Part shown: positions 36,746-48,625 of the stretch, piece by piece
Numbering within the stretch: the stretch's first letter is position 1
Layout: each line of letters starts with the position of its first letter
Assembly: GCA_026770705.1 (NCBI GenBank)
Contig: JANJGN010000021.1
Span: 99,014,001 to 99,078,000, forward strand
Direction of reading: 5' to 3'
Source of the DNA: Isurus oxyrinchus
Lineage: Eukaryota
DNA length: 64,000 nucleotides
Program-made: the position numbers and the translations under genes
Notes under the pieces: generated by a model
The model's input: only the letters and a program-made list of their open reading frames with translations
Told to the model about the DNA's origin: nothing
Database searches by the model: none

Positions 36746-37699
36746 CACTCTGACAGCTTTATACTTTCTCCGACCAGGTCTAAATTGCACCAGTCATGTT
36801 TTGAACATCCCACTAATCACATCAGCCTTTACTAAGTGCAGTTGCCTCTGTGAACCACAGGTGTGCATTTTAGAATTTACCCCCATTCCCCCACACCTAA
36901 CAGCCCCCATGAAAGTTACGACTGCTGGGTCCAGGGGCTGGACTTCCAGATTCAGGCCTTCGCTGCTGTTTCTATAACAACAGAGAGACTCTCTGTCTGC
37001 CCGCTACTTCAGGCTGTATGTCTGGACGAACGTCAATATGTCTATTGGTATTAAAATGCCCAAACTCCTATAAACAGAAGCTAGTGAAAATCCAACACAT
37101 TTCGAGAACACATAACAGGGAGTTCAAAATGGAAAAAGGATAGAAGGCACAATGTTCCTAAACTAAAGCCTTTAGAGAGGCAAACTTCAAGGCCTGAAAG
37201 AAAGTCATTAAGAACGTACCTCATCCAGAAAAGGATAATGAGGAACTGAAAGCTGAAACAGAAAGATTGGCTGTTGCAGACAGTGGCAGCTGGAGCAGTT
37301 GGAAGATGGATGTGTGGATACCTGAATGAGAGCAGAGTGTGGGCTTGAGATGTTCATGTTTCTCTTGCTTCACCAGGAAAACCAGGGAAAAAATGTAATC
37401 CGGGTTCCTTTTTGTTCCCGTGTGGCTGGGACATGTCAGCTCAGCACTATCGTGTCATGTTCCTTCCTCACTTTTAAGTATGTGCTTTATTCAATGTGCA
37501 TACTTTGGAATTAACTTTCCCTTTATAAAGTGGGTAATGCGCTACAACGTGCTACAAAGGTGATTGTCCAAGGTCAGATGACCTCCCCTGTGAACTTAAA
37601 AACCGACTCACTGTCTAATAGAGACAATTGGGCACATCCCAGGTGAAAAGCTCTTAATTACACATAACCTGAGATCATCAAAAGGCATTCCCAATTCTG

Positions 37700-38030
37700 T
37701 TTTATTCATTCACGGGATGTGGGCATCGCTGGCTGGGTCAGCATTTATTGCCCATCCTTAACTGCCCTTGAGAAGGTGGTGGTGAGCTGCCTTCTTGAAC
37801 TGCTGCAGTCCATGTGGTGGAGGTACACCCACAGTGCTGTTAGGGGGGAATTCCAGGATTTTGACCCAGCGACAGTGAAGGAACGGGGATATATTTCCAA
37901 GTCATAATGGTGAGTGACTTGGAGGGGAACTTCCAGGTGATGGTGTTCCCATGTGCGTGTTACCCTTGTCCTTCTAGATGGTGGAGGTCGTGGGTTTAGA
38001 AGGTGCTGTCGAAGGAGCCTTGGTGAGTTT
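37700..38030 (-). mobile_element. HER1-type CR1 LINE 3' end
   Basis: Minus-strand tail ctcaagggcagttaaggatgggcaataaatgctg...gcccacatcccgtgaatgaataaa; family assignment from memory. Confidence 0.6.
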
Positions 38031-38549
38031 CCTTTTTTGAAATAAAGAAGGTGATCGTCTGAACCTCCTCAGGATGAATGTCTTAAAACAATAAACCAGG
38101 ATGTGGCTTATTAACCTGGTGACACCACCACAATTTCAAAAAGGAACAGTGAGAAGTCACATGGTAGGGCAGTCACGTTCATCTCCTTTTAATCTATATC
38201 TGCTGTTTGCAGAAAGTTAGGGTAGAAAGGACAATAACATCTATGCCTTAAGAACTGGAGGCTATAACATTGTGAGGTCTCCATACCTGTACCACTTTAG
38301 GAACAAGAATGCAGCATAATGACCTCCCTTGTTCTGAGACTACAAGTAACCAGCTTCATGACCTGCATGAAGTCCTCAAGAGAATCCTGAAAACAACTGT
38401 GGCCTTACATTTTGTCTGTTAAATTCACCCAAACTACACTTCAAGAGTCAGGACATCTTTTTATCAGATTTGTAACACATGTTTTCCTGAACAAGGCAAT
38501 CATGTGAATTATGAACTATTTCTTTTGTTTATAACTTGTAAAAGTGCAC

Positions 38550-39512
38550 GGGACACCCTGGTCCACTCCTCCATCACCCCCTACTCCTCAACCCCCTCCT
38601 ATGGCACCACTCCATGCCCACGCAAAAGATGTAACACCTGCCCCTTCACTTCCTCTCTCCTTACCATCCAAGGGCCCAAACACTCCTTTCAAGTGAAGCA
38701 GCATTTCACTTGCATTTCCCCCAACTTAGTCTACTGCATTCGTTGCTCCCAATGTGGTCTCCTCTACATTGGAGAGACCAAACGTAAACTGGGCGACCGC
38801 TTTGCAGAACACCTGCGGTCTGTCCGCAAGAATGACCCAAACCTCCCTGTCGCTTGCCATTTTAACACTCCACCCTGCTCTCTTGCCCACATGTCTGTCC
38901 TTGGCTTACTGCATTGTTCCAGTGAAGCCCAACGCAAACTGGAGGAACAACACCTCATCTTCCGACTAGGCACCTTACAGCCTTCCGGACTGAATATTGA
39001 ATTCAACAACTTTAGGTCATGAGCTCCCTCCCCCATCCCCACCCCCTTTCTGTTTCCCCCTTTTTCCTTTCTTTTCCTTATAAATTTTATAGATTTTTCT
39101 TTTCCCACCTATTTCCATTATTTTTAAATATTTTAAAATCTTTTATGCTCCCCCCACCCCCACTAGAGCTGTACCTTGAGTGCCCTACCATCCATTCTTA
39201 ATTAGCACATTCGTTTAGATAATATCACCAACTTTAACTTTAACACCTATGTGTTCTTTTGTACCATTGTCGCTGACATCTTTTGATGATCTGCTTCTAT
39301 CACTGCTTGTTTGTCTACACAAGCACCTCTCTCTCTCTCTATCTCTCCGCCCCCCCACACACACACCTTAAACCAGCTTATATTTCAACTCTTTCTTGGA
39401 CTCGAAATCAAGTTCTGTCGAAGGGTCATGAGGACTCGAAACGTCAACTCTTTTCTTCTCCGCCGATGCTGCCAGACTTGCTGAGTTTTTCCAGGTAATT
39501 CTGTTTTTGTTT
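38550..39512 (+). mobile_element. 5'-truncated Neptune-like PLE (intact GIY-YIG C-terminus plus pLTR with hammerhead motif at 39411-39449)
   Basis: ORF 38504-39022 CPRKRCNTC...VYCIRC...YIGET...GLNIEF; possible 5-bp TSD tgcac. Confidence 0.9.
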
Positions 39513-39839
39513 TGCACTATTCACTTATTCACTTCAACTGTACTTTGCTTGTGTGTGTTTGTGTGTGTGTATGTGTGAGTTGTTGCCATAGCGTTAGATT
39601 TCAGGGTAAGTGATTAATCTTGCAACCATCTTTCTTTATTTAAACCCACAGGAAGCTTGCTGCTGGTTATTCACATTGTGCACACTCTAAGATGCGAAAC
39701 AAACACACATCTTCTTATCAAAAGCTTATTGATTACAGACAGTTGGGAAGGGAACAGGAATTTCAGCAGTTCTCTCTCATTCTGTCTGTAACAGTGTGTA
39801 AATGTTTATTAAGCTACCTTTAATTTTTTTGTTTTCCAG

Positions 39840-40100
39840 GCACCAATTCATTGACTACGATATATATGGCAGTCTCTGGAATCACAGGATTTCCTGAGGT
39901 TTCAAAAGTTACTCTGGTCAATGGAGTTCAAGTTAATTATCATGACAGTAATGGTCGACAAACCATCCCCAGGCTGCAGGTCATGGCAGATGCTATCAAT
40001 GTGGAATTCTGGGAACATCTCACAGATCTCCGCAACACAAAATCGGACATGGCGGGAGAGAATCTGAATACAATAATGAAGAATACAAACCAGACATCCG
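39840..40100 (+). pseudogene. Gene C alpha1 exon (261 nt, open; donor ATAAG)
   Basis: GTNSLTTIYMAVSGITGFPE...VNGVQV..HDS...FWE...ENLNTIMKNTNQTS. Confidence 0.92.
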
Positions 40101-40711
40101 ATAAGATCAGAGATGTAGAATCATCCATTGATGGTCTTGTTTGATCAGGACTGGATAGGTCCCCAGCCATAGCTATATTGCACTGTGACACTAGGTGTAC
40201 AGTGTGTGGAACACCATAAATCATGTACAAATGGAGGGTTATTCTAGTACCTTCTTCCTATTCTGATTGAGATATTTTACATTATCAAGGACAGAGGCCA
40301 TCACTCATGGATAGAGAATATGAGGAGAACAATCAACAGATATTAACACTACTGAGCATGTGTGTGTAGGGAGGAGACCTCGATGTTGCTGCTCACACAA
40401 TGACAGGTTAACTGTTTGCACTTACACAGTAACTCAGATAGTGGAAATGTGATTCTGTACTAACCTAATGAATGTTTCCTGTGATTCACCATTCACCAAG
40501 ATTTTGGATTTGGGAACACATTAGAAACTCTACATTCTCTTGCAAAGTTCTAGCCTGTGCAATCTGGAGGACACAGAATACAAACCCATGATGGATTCTC
40601 AGTTCACGAGTGCATTCGGTATCAGTATCATGAGCTCTGCATGTAGTTGATTGTATTAGTCTTGTTAGAATCTCTGGAGAGACTGTTTACTTTTCAGAGA
40701 AATTCAGATTT

Positions 40712-41490
40712 CAGGTCAAACATGGGCAAGGAAATTTCCTGCTGATTACCACCTCGTGCCCCCTTGACCCTCAGTTGATGAATCAGCTCCTCCATGTTGA
40801 ACACCACTTGGAGGAAGCACTGAGGTCAGGCAAGGGCACAGAATGTATCCTGGGTGGGGGACTTCAATGTCCATCACCAAGTGTGGCTCGGTAGCACCAC
40901 TACTGACCGAAGCCAAAAGTATATAGCTGCTGGACCAGTTCTGTGACAAGTGGTGACAGAACCAACAAGAGGGAAAAACCTACTTGACCTTGTCTTCAGC
41001 AACCTGCCTGCCACAGATGCATCTGTCCAGGACAGTATCGCTAGGAGTGACCACCGCACAGTCACTGTGGAGCTGAAGTCCCGTCTTCACATTGAGGATA
41101 CCCTCCATCGTGTTGTGTGACACTACCACTGTGCTAAAAGGGATGGATTTCAAACACATCTAGCAACTCAAATCAGGGCACCCAGGAGATGCTGTGGGCC
41201 ATCAGCAGCAGCAACAACAATCTGTAACGTCATGGCCCAGCATATCCCCCACTCTACCATTAGCATTAAGGGAGCATTAGACCGAGTGTGGAATCAAGGA
41301 GCCCTAGCAGAACTGGAGTCCATGGTAATCAGGGGGAAAAGTTTCCAATGGTTGGAGTTATACTTAGCACAAAGGAAGATGGTGGTGGTAGTTTGAGGTC
41401 AGTCATCTCAGCCTCAGGACATCACGGCAGGAGTTCCTCAGGGCAATGTCCTAGGCCCAACCATCTTCCTCTGCTTCATCAATGACCTTC
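40712..41490 (+). mobile_element. Decayed CR1-like LINE endonuclease/RT fragments
   Basis: WVGDFNVHH, PTRGKNLLDLV, GVPQGNVLGP. Confidence 0.75.
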
Positions 41491-41519
41491 AAATAGCCAT
41501 TTGGTAGCACAGAGCTTGA

Positions 41520-43350
41520 GTATTAGTGAAAAAAGGGAAATGTCAAAGCTTTTTGTCTTGCACTCATCAGGGCACTCGCAAGAATACCGTTATAAGGGGG
41601 AAAACAATAATTTATACATTATGTGAAGAGAGTGCTGATTTGTTGGCAAATAGCATTGCCATGGAGAATACACCACTAATGTTGACTTACAGTTAACTGC
41701 CAAGCATTTTTTGAAATTTAAACCAGGTACCTTGAATCTGGTTGGTCAAGGTATTGCCCTGAGGAATGAGTCAGCAAATGGCTGTCACTTATTTTATTGA
41801 GCTGAAACATGCATAATGTGTGTACATATTCTTTCGGCTGCAAAGAACAGGGCCCTGTGTGTTAATATGTGTAGCTTTCAGTACACACCAATGCACCACA
41901 TTGCTAGCCTGACTAACAATCCTAAATTGACTGTCAGCATAATTCTCAACACACTGACGATTATTTACTGAATGTTGTCCAATCGCAGAGTCACATTTAG
42001 TGTTGGACACTGTGGTTTTGAGTTTTGCAAGCCCAGGCTGGTTGGGTATGATTTGTACCTTGCCCGTTGTCAATAGCAGAAGGGACAGGTTGTTTCATAT
42101 GACCCACCAGTCTTTGGGATGTATGGCCTACATACCTAGCAGCACATGGTCACTGCAATTCATATACCACACTACTCATTTGTGTGATAGGCAGAATGCC
42201 TTATTGGCTTGATGGCAGCATCCTTTTAGTGGTGAATACCATTCGTGTTGCTGCTGCATAGTAGCAGCATGAAACAGCTAGCTTCACCTGTTGCTCATCG
42301 TTTTGAGATGCCTTGTCCTTCCAGGATAACCTGAGGTAGACTGGGCACTTTTCAGGGCTGAAAGTGACAGCCTTAGGCCTGTTCATGAGTTTGTGTGATA
42401 TACAGTGTGAAATGATCTGATCAGGGTAACCATTATCCTGCAGGATGCTATAATGCGCTCTATTTCAGCATCAAGCTTGCATGCTGTACAAATGGCTCGA
42501 GCCCTATTTATGAAGTTGCTGATAAGGCCAATCTTATAACATGTGGACCCGCAAGAGACCCAGTGTGTGTATTGATCAGTGAAGGTAGACTTGTGGTAGA
42601 CCGTGGTAGAGACCCCCCCACAACAGATTTCTCAACTAGCACGTCAAAGTAGGGGTGTTCATTTGACTGTTCCATTTCAAAGGTGAATTTGAGAGTATTC
42701 TGGAGCCCATTAAGACATGTAAGGAAATTGTTACATGCAACTGCAGATTTAAATATAGCAAATGTATCATCCACACATCAGAAATATGCAATGGTGGTCG
42801 TTCTAGATCGTAAATAGCCCTGGCTTCCTTAAGTGGAACATTGGTGAATAGACTAGGAATGTCAAATGAACACATGGACACAGCATTGCTATCAATACAC
42901 AAGCCCTGTATGGCCTTCGCAACTGCAAAGGAGTCCCTCACCATGTATGTGGAGAACCTGGTCCAAACTGATTGTAACAATTCACCAAACCATTTGGCCA
43001 ATTCATGTTGTGTGGAGCCAGATATAGATAAGATAGTGTGTAGGGCGACATCACCTTTGTGTGTCTTAGGCACCCCATACATACGCGGACACAGCGAGCC
43101 GTGAGGATAAGCCCTGTAATATATATCACGTGGCAGCTCATCGCTCTTACACAAGTCCAGCAGGCATTTCTTTTTAGCTTACTTTCGAGCAGGGCTGTCC
43201 GGTCATGTTGACCAACAGGACCGATGGATGTCATTTTGGATCTGTCATTAAGAATGGAGTGTATTATGTTGATATAGTCACACTTACTAAGAATGACTAT
43301 TCCTGTCCCTTTGTCAGGTTTTCTGTTTCGATTTGAGATTTCTACCACCC
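41520..43350 (-). mobile_element. Older Penelope/Poseidon-type PLE (RT remnant)
   Basis: KPDKGTGIVIL, YGVPKTHK, FDIPSLFTNVP, DDTFAIF, FTFEMEQ; terminal CTGATGA-gtgcaagac-AAAA decayed hammerhead at 41542-41575. Confidence 0.8.
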
Positions 43351-43431
43351 GCAGTATTTTGCTTTTATCTCAGTGTAGCAATTATAAACCTCCAGTCCAC
43401 TGATTATTCATCATCATTTGCTCTCTGCCAG

Positions 43432-43707
43432 GAATCCACATTTTCCAATGGATAACAATTGTTGAGATCACTGAAGACGGCTCCATTAAGAGATTGATGC
43501 GATTTGGATTTGATGGAAAGGACTATATTAGTTTAGAGCCAGACAGAATAAGGTGGGTCACAACAAATCACATTGCAGTGAAGACTAAGGAAGAATGGGA
43601 TTCGGACGAATCCTGGAACAAGTATTGGAAATGGAGTATAGAAGAAATAGGTGTACAGAATTTAAAAAGATATTTTGAAGCTGGAAAGGAGCATTTTGAA
43701 AGAAAAA
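43432..43707 (+). CDS. Gene C alpha2 exon (276 nt, open, no cysteine)
   Basis: GIHIFQWITIVEITEDG...FGFDGKDYISL...KTKEEWD...EEIGVQNLKRYFEAGKEHFERK. Confidence 0.93.
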
Positions 43708-43815
43708 GTAATTTTAATCCCATGTTCTGTTCTGACTTCACTGGTCTATGAAAGCATTCTCCCATTCCAATCAGTGTCTGTCTATTGTTTGTGTTTTCAC
43801 CCTTTCCCATTACAG

Positions 43816-44094
43816 TTCAGCCTGAAGTGTTCATCTCCAGAAGTGACCCCAATAGTCAGTACAAGCCGCTCACTCTCTCCTGCCTGGTTACTGGGTTTTA
43901 TCCTGTAGACATCGAGGTGAGCTGGCTAAGGAATGGAGAGGTAATGTCTGAGACACTATCCTCAGGGGTTCGACCCAACCACAATGGGACCCATCAGATC
44001 CAGAAAGAGATTGAAATAAATGCTGGGGATGAGGATTAATACTCCTGTCAAATTGAACACAGCAGCCTGGCAGAGACCCAGCTCTCTCAGTGGG
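43816..44094 (+). pseudogene. Gene C alpha3 exon with nonsense codon
   Basis: TAA at 44037-44039, just before YSC. Confidence 0.93.
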
Positions 44095-44122
44095 GTAAGG
44101 AACTGTAGTGTGTGTGTGTGTC

Positions 44123-44160
<38 letters not shown>

Positions 44161-44693
44161 TTTCTCCAGATGGAGTCTGACCAAAGCTCTGTACAACAGA
44201 AGCATAATTTCCTCACTTTGTGTTCAAACCCCCTTGAGATAAAGGGCAACAGCCCATTAGCCTTTCTGATTGATTTTTTATAACAGTGAACAAGCTTTTA
44301 GTGATTTGTGTACATGGCCATCCACATCTCTGATTTTTTTTACAGTTCCTACACTCTCAATATGATGAAAATATTCCAATTTGTCTTTCCCAGATTTAAT
44401 GTGGGTGATCCCACACTTCCCTACATTGGGGAAAACTGTGGCAGATGGAATTCACTCATTTAATCTGTCAATGTCCCTTCACTGTGTCTCCTAACTTAGT
44501 GTCATCTGTAAACTTGGATATACAACTCTCTGTTCCTGCATCCAAGCCATGAATATAGACAGTGAAAAGCTGAGGCCCCAGGACAGATCCCTGGGGAATA
44601 CAACTTATCACATCCTGCCAATGTCCCCGGTCAGACATGGGAATGGATCTGGGAACAGAGAGACAATCCTAATATTATTCAAATGTGTTTCAG

Positions 44694-44810
44694 AAATTCC
44701 AGAAAACAGTGGACCAATCCTGCATCCTGGAATTGTAACAGGATTAGTGATCACAGAAATTTTTATATTTGGCGTAATTGAAATGTTCATTTGGAAAAGG
44801 CAACAGAGAG
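44694..44810 (+). pseudogene. Gene C TM exon (EIPENSGPILHPGIVTGLVITEIFIFGVIEMFIWKRQQR)
   Basis: 117 nt, phase 1-1, AG/GT boundaries. Confidence 0.88.
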
Positions 44811-45396
44811 GTAAAAATCCGAGAGAGGGAAATGTGGAACTGAGGGGACAGAGTGAGTTTTGGGGAATCTCCAGAACTGGGAGTACAGGACACTGAGAGG
44901 GGAGAGAGAGAGAGAGGGGAATGTGGAACTGAGGGGACAGAGTGAGTGTGGGGGAATCTCCAGTACTGGGAGTACAGGACACTGAGAGGGGAGAGTGAGA
45001 GAGAGGGGAATGTGGAACTGAGGGGACAGAGTGAGTGTGGGGGAATCTCCAGTACTGGGAGTACAGGACACTGTATTTAATGGAACTGATTTAATTCCCA
45101 CACACAGATACACACGTATAAACACGACTTGTTCCCTGTCTGATCATCCTTTGTGTGATAGGCCCAGACCAGTTTTAATATTGATCATTAAACCCACCCC
45201 ACACACTCACATCCTCACCTACTGAATATCAATGGAATGGGAGAGATCAGCAGGATCTCCATAAAGTGTAAGGATGGAGAGATGTGTGGGAATGAGTATT
45301 TCTTACACAATCTCCATTCCCTCACACTTGTTGTGTTCTCACTCTCTGATAATGGATTATTCCCCATTCTAACTGACATTTATTTTGCTTCTGCAG

Positions 45397-45429
45397 ATTC
45401 ACCAAGTGTGACCTACACAACAGCTCAGA
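45397..45429 (+). pseudogene. Gene C 33-nt cytoplasmic YxxA exon
   Basis: ctgcag acceptor, gtaagt donor; DSPSVTYTTAQ. Confidence 0.8.
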
Positions 45430-45499
45430 GTAAGTGACTGAGGGACAGATTGTTGGGAATGAAATAGGAGGGATTGAAAGTTGTATAATTACATTCTCC

Positions 45500-47140
45500 T
45501 GGGAGTACCTCAGGGTTACTCATGTGGAACTGTATCAAATGCCTTTTGGAAGTCCGTGTTCACCACATCAACATCATTGTCCTCATCAATCCTCTTTGTT
45601 ACCGGTTCAAAACACTCCAGCAAGTTAGTTAAACATGATTTTCCCTTAAGAAATCCATGCTAGCTTTCTTTAATTAACCGGCATTTGTCCACATGGCACT
45701 TAACTTTATCCTGATTTATTGTTTCTAGAATTTTCCCCAGCACCGAAGTTAAACTGACTGGTCCTTCCACCCTTTTTTGAACATTTGCCATTCTCCAGTC
45801 CTCTGGCACCACCCCTGAGACTATGGAAGATGATAAATTATGGCCAGTGCCGCTGCAATTTCCACTCTCACTTCTCACATTATCCTTGGGTGCATCTCAT
45901 CCAGTCCCAGTGCCTTATCAACTCTAAGTACAGGCAGCCCATCTGATGCCTCCTCTTCAATTTTAAACTCCTCTGGTGTCGAAATTGCATTCTCTTATAT
46001 CATGGCTTGTTTGGCTCCTTCTTCCTTTGTAAAGACAGATACAAAATATTCATTTCATACCTCAGATATTCTCTCTGTCTCCATGTGTAAAACCCCTTTT
46101 TGGTCCCCATCATCTCTACTCCTCCTTTTAGTCATCCTTTTACTATTTACCTGCCTATATAAGACTTTGGGATTCCCTTTTATATTACCTGCCTGTCTCT
46201 TTTCATACTCACTCTTTGCTTCTCTTATTTACTTCTTCACGTCTCCCTTGAGCCTTCTATATTCAGCCTGGTTCTCACTGTTAGTTTCTGCCTGACACCT
46301 GTCACAAGCACACAATCTTAATTTCTACCTCCTTTGTCATCCAGGCAGCTCTGGGTTTGTTTGCTCTCCCTTTCCCTTTCGAGGGAATATACCTTGACTG
46401 TGCCTGAACTATCTCTTCTTTGCAGGCTATTGGCTGTTTTTCCTGCAAACCTTTGACTCACATTTATTCCAATTTTACAATGGTCAGCCTAAACCTTAAG
46501 ATACAATGATCATTCTCCTTGAAATGCTTTCCTTTTGCTACTTGATCCACTTGGACCAACTTATTCCCAGGAACCAGGTCTAGTTGTGCCTCCATTCTTG
46601 TTGGACTGGACATATACTGCTGGAGGAAATATTCCAGCACACAATGTAGGATTTCGACCTTCTCTGCCCTTCACGCTAATGCTATCCCAGCCTATATTTG
46701 GATAATTAAATTTCCCAATTACAAGTATAACATAGTTTCTGGACCTCTCTGCAATTTCCTTGCAAATTTGTTCCTTTACATCCTTCCTATTGCTTGTGGA
46801 CCTACAGCGTACACAGAGCAATGTAACTGCACCCTTTTTGATCCTTAGCTCTCGCCTCACACCTTCTCTCCTTGACCCCTCTGGGTCATCCTCATTCTCC
46901 AGCACTACAATACTTCCCTTAAACAACAGCACCACCCCTCCTCCTTTTCATCCTTTCCTATCTTTCCTGAACACCTTGTATCGAGGGATGTTTAATGCCC
47001 AGTCGTGCAGTTCTTTGTGCCAGTACTCTGATATAGGCACATCATCGCAATTCCCCATAGTAACCTGCACCTGAAACTCACCAATCTTATTTATCACACT
47101 CTGTACATTCACACACATGCACTGTAACCCTGAATTAGAC
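45500..47140 (-). mobile_element. Decayed CR1 ORF2 (endonuclease and RT pieces)
   Basis: NVQSVINKIGE, IGKFNYPNIGW, GVVPEDWRMANV, PVSLTSVLGKILE. Confidence 0.8.
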
Positions 47141-48589
47141 TCCATTAATTTCTTTTATTCTGACCCCAACTATTAACTTCTGATTCCCAGCTCTCGTGTG
47201 ATCTATCTTTCCCAATATTCTGTGCACCTTGGCATCTCCTGCTTCCCATTTCCCTGCCGAGTTAGTTTGAAACCTTCCCAACCTCCCTTGGAAAACTTCA
47301 GACTGCCCTCTTGGCACAGAGAAGGTTAAGAGGTTATTGAATAGAGAGTTTCCAGATGAAGAAAGGTTTTGACAGAATAGAGAAAAATTATTCTGTCTGG
47401 TGAGTGATCGATAACGAGAGGTTATAGATTTACAATCACTGCTCAGTGATCCAGAGAGGAGAAGAGGAGAAATGTTTTTCATTCTGGGAGTTGTCGGGAT
47501 CTGGAGCGCTGCACCTGAAATTGTGATGGAAGCTGATCCCATAAATAATATTAAAAGGGGGTTGAACGGATACTTGAGGATGAGGAACTTACAGTGATAA
47601 AGACAAGAAGCGGGAATCTGGGACAAAGCATAATTGTTGTTTCAAAGAGCCAACAGGGATAGATGGGCAGTATGGTTTCCTTTTGTACTGAAAGTTTCTA
47701 TGATTCTAAGGGACTTCACTTCAGTTCAGTTACAATTCCACATTCCCACTTCATTCCCAGATCCCTTGATCCCCTCAGTGCTGCAGAATCAATGGATCTC
47801 AGTGCTGAATGTACTCATCACCTGTTCATCCACAACCCTCTGGATAGACAATTCCAAAGATTCACAACTCTCTGAGTGAAGACATTTCCCCATCTCAGCC
47901 CAAACTGACTGATCCCTTATCCTGAGACTGGGAATCCTGGATCTAGACTCTCCAGACAGGGGAAAGAGATTCTCAATGTCTTCCCTGTCAAATCCTCTCA
48001 GAATTTTATCTGCTTCAATGAGATCACCTCTTAGTCAAGTCAATACTGGAGAAGATAGGAACATTCTACTCAAATTCCACAGTGGGATTCTCTGTCTTTC
48101 TCCAATAAATTATGCTACATTTCCTCAAACTCCACTATCTCACTCTTCAGTCCCTCACCCTCCTTTCCCTCACCCTCTACTCCCTTTGTGTTCATTTACC
48201 GTGTGTGAGTCAGTTTAGTTAATGCTGGGATTAAGAGGGGAGTTGAGGAGAAATGTTTTCACCCAGAGGGTGCTGGGAGTCTGGAACCCACTGCCTGGAA
48301 GGGTAGTTGAGACAGCAACCCTCGTAACATTTAAGAAGTATTTAGATATTCACTTGCATTGCCATGGCCTCCAGCGCTATGGGCCAAGCGCTGGAAAATA
48401 GGATGAGTGTAGTCTGACCTTTGTTGACCGGCATGGACACGATGGGCCGAATGGCCTCATTTGGTGCTGGAAACGTTTATGAGCCAATGAGTGAATGGAT
48501 CTTAGGCCCAGTGAGTGATATAGAATGTCTCACACTCTCGGTTTCTTATATGTTATCCTGTTTCTCACCTTCTGTTTTTATTTTCTCAG

Positions 48590-48625
48590 CTTCTGACGTC
48601 TCTGTTCCAGAACCTTCCTGATTCA
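48590..48625 (+). pseudogene. Gene C last coding exon (SDVSVPEPS*)
   Basis: ttttctcag acceptor; TGA at 48619-21; gtaag donor. Confidence 0.75.

Larger units (their letters stand above)
33073..48625 (+). pseudogene. Non-classical MHC class I paralog C, pseudogene with a complete exon set
   Basis: Leader 33073-33124; alpha1 39840-40100 (donor GT>AT); alpha2 43432-43707; alpha3 43816-44094 (CAA>TAA at 44037-39); TM 44694-44810; cytoplasmic 45397-45429; last coding exon 48590-48625; UTR exon from 48931. Confidence 0.93.

Noticed and set aside
36478-36835. ORFs with PFGKVRC / GHLTFPK repeats
   Set aside because: Products of a 21-bp tandem repeat.
1345-48625. Classical UAA, CD1/MR1 or class II identity, or a specific gene symbol
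   Set aside because: The exon layout is class I, but anchor residues are lost; the lineage cannot be fixed without a phylogeny, so no symbol is given.
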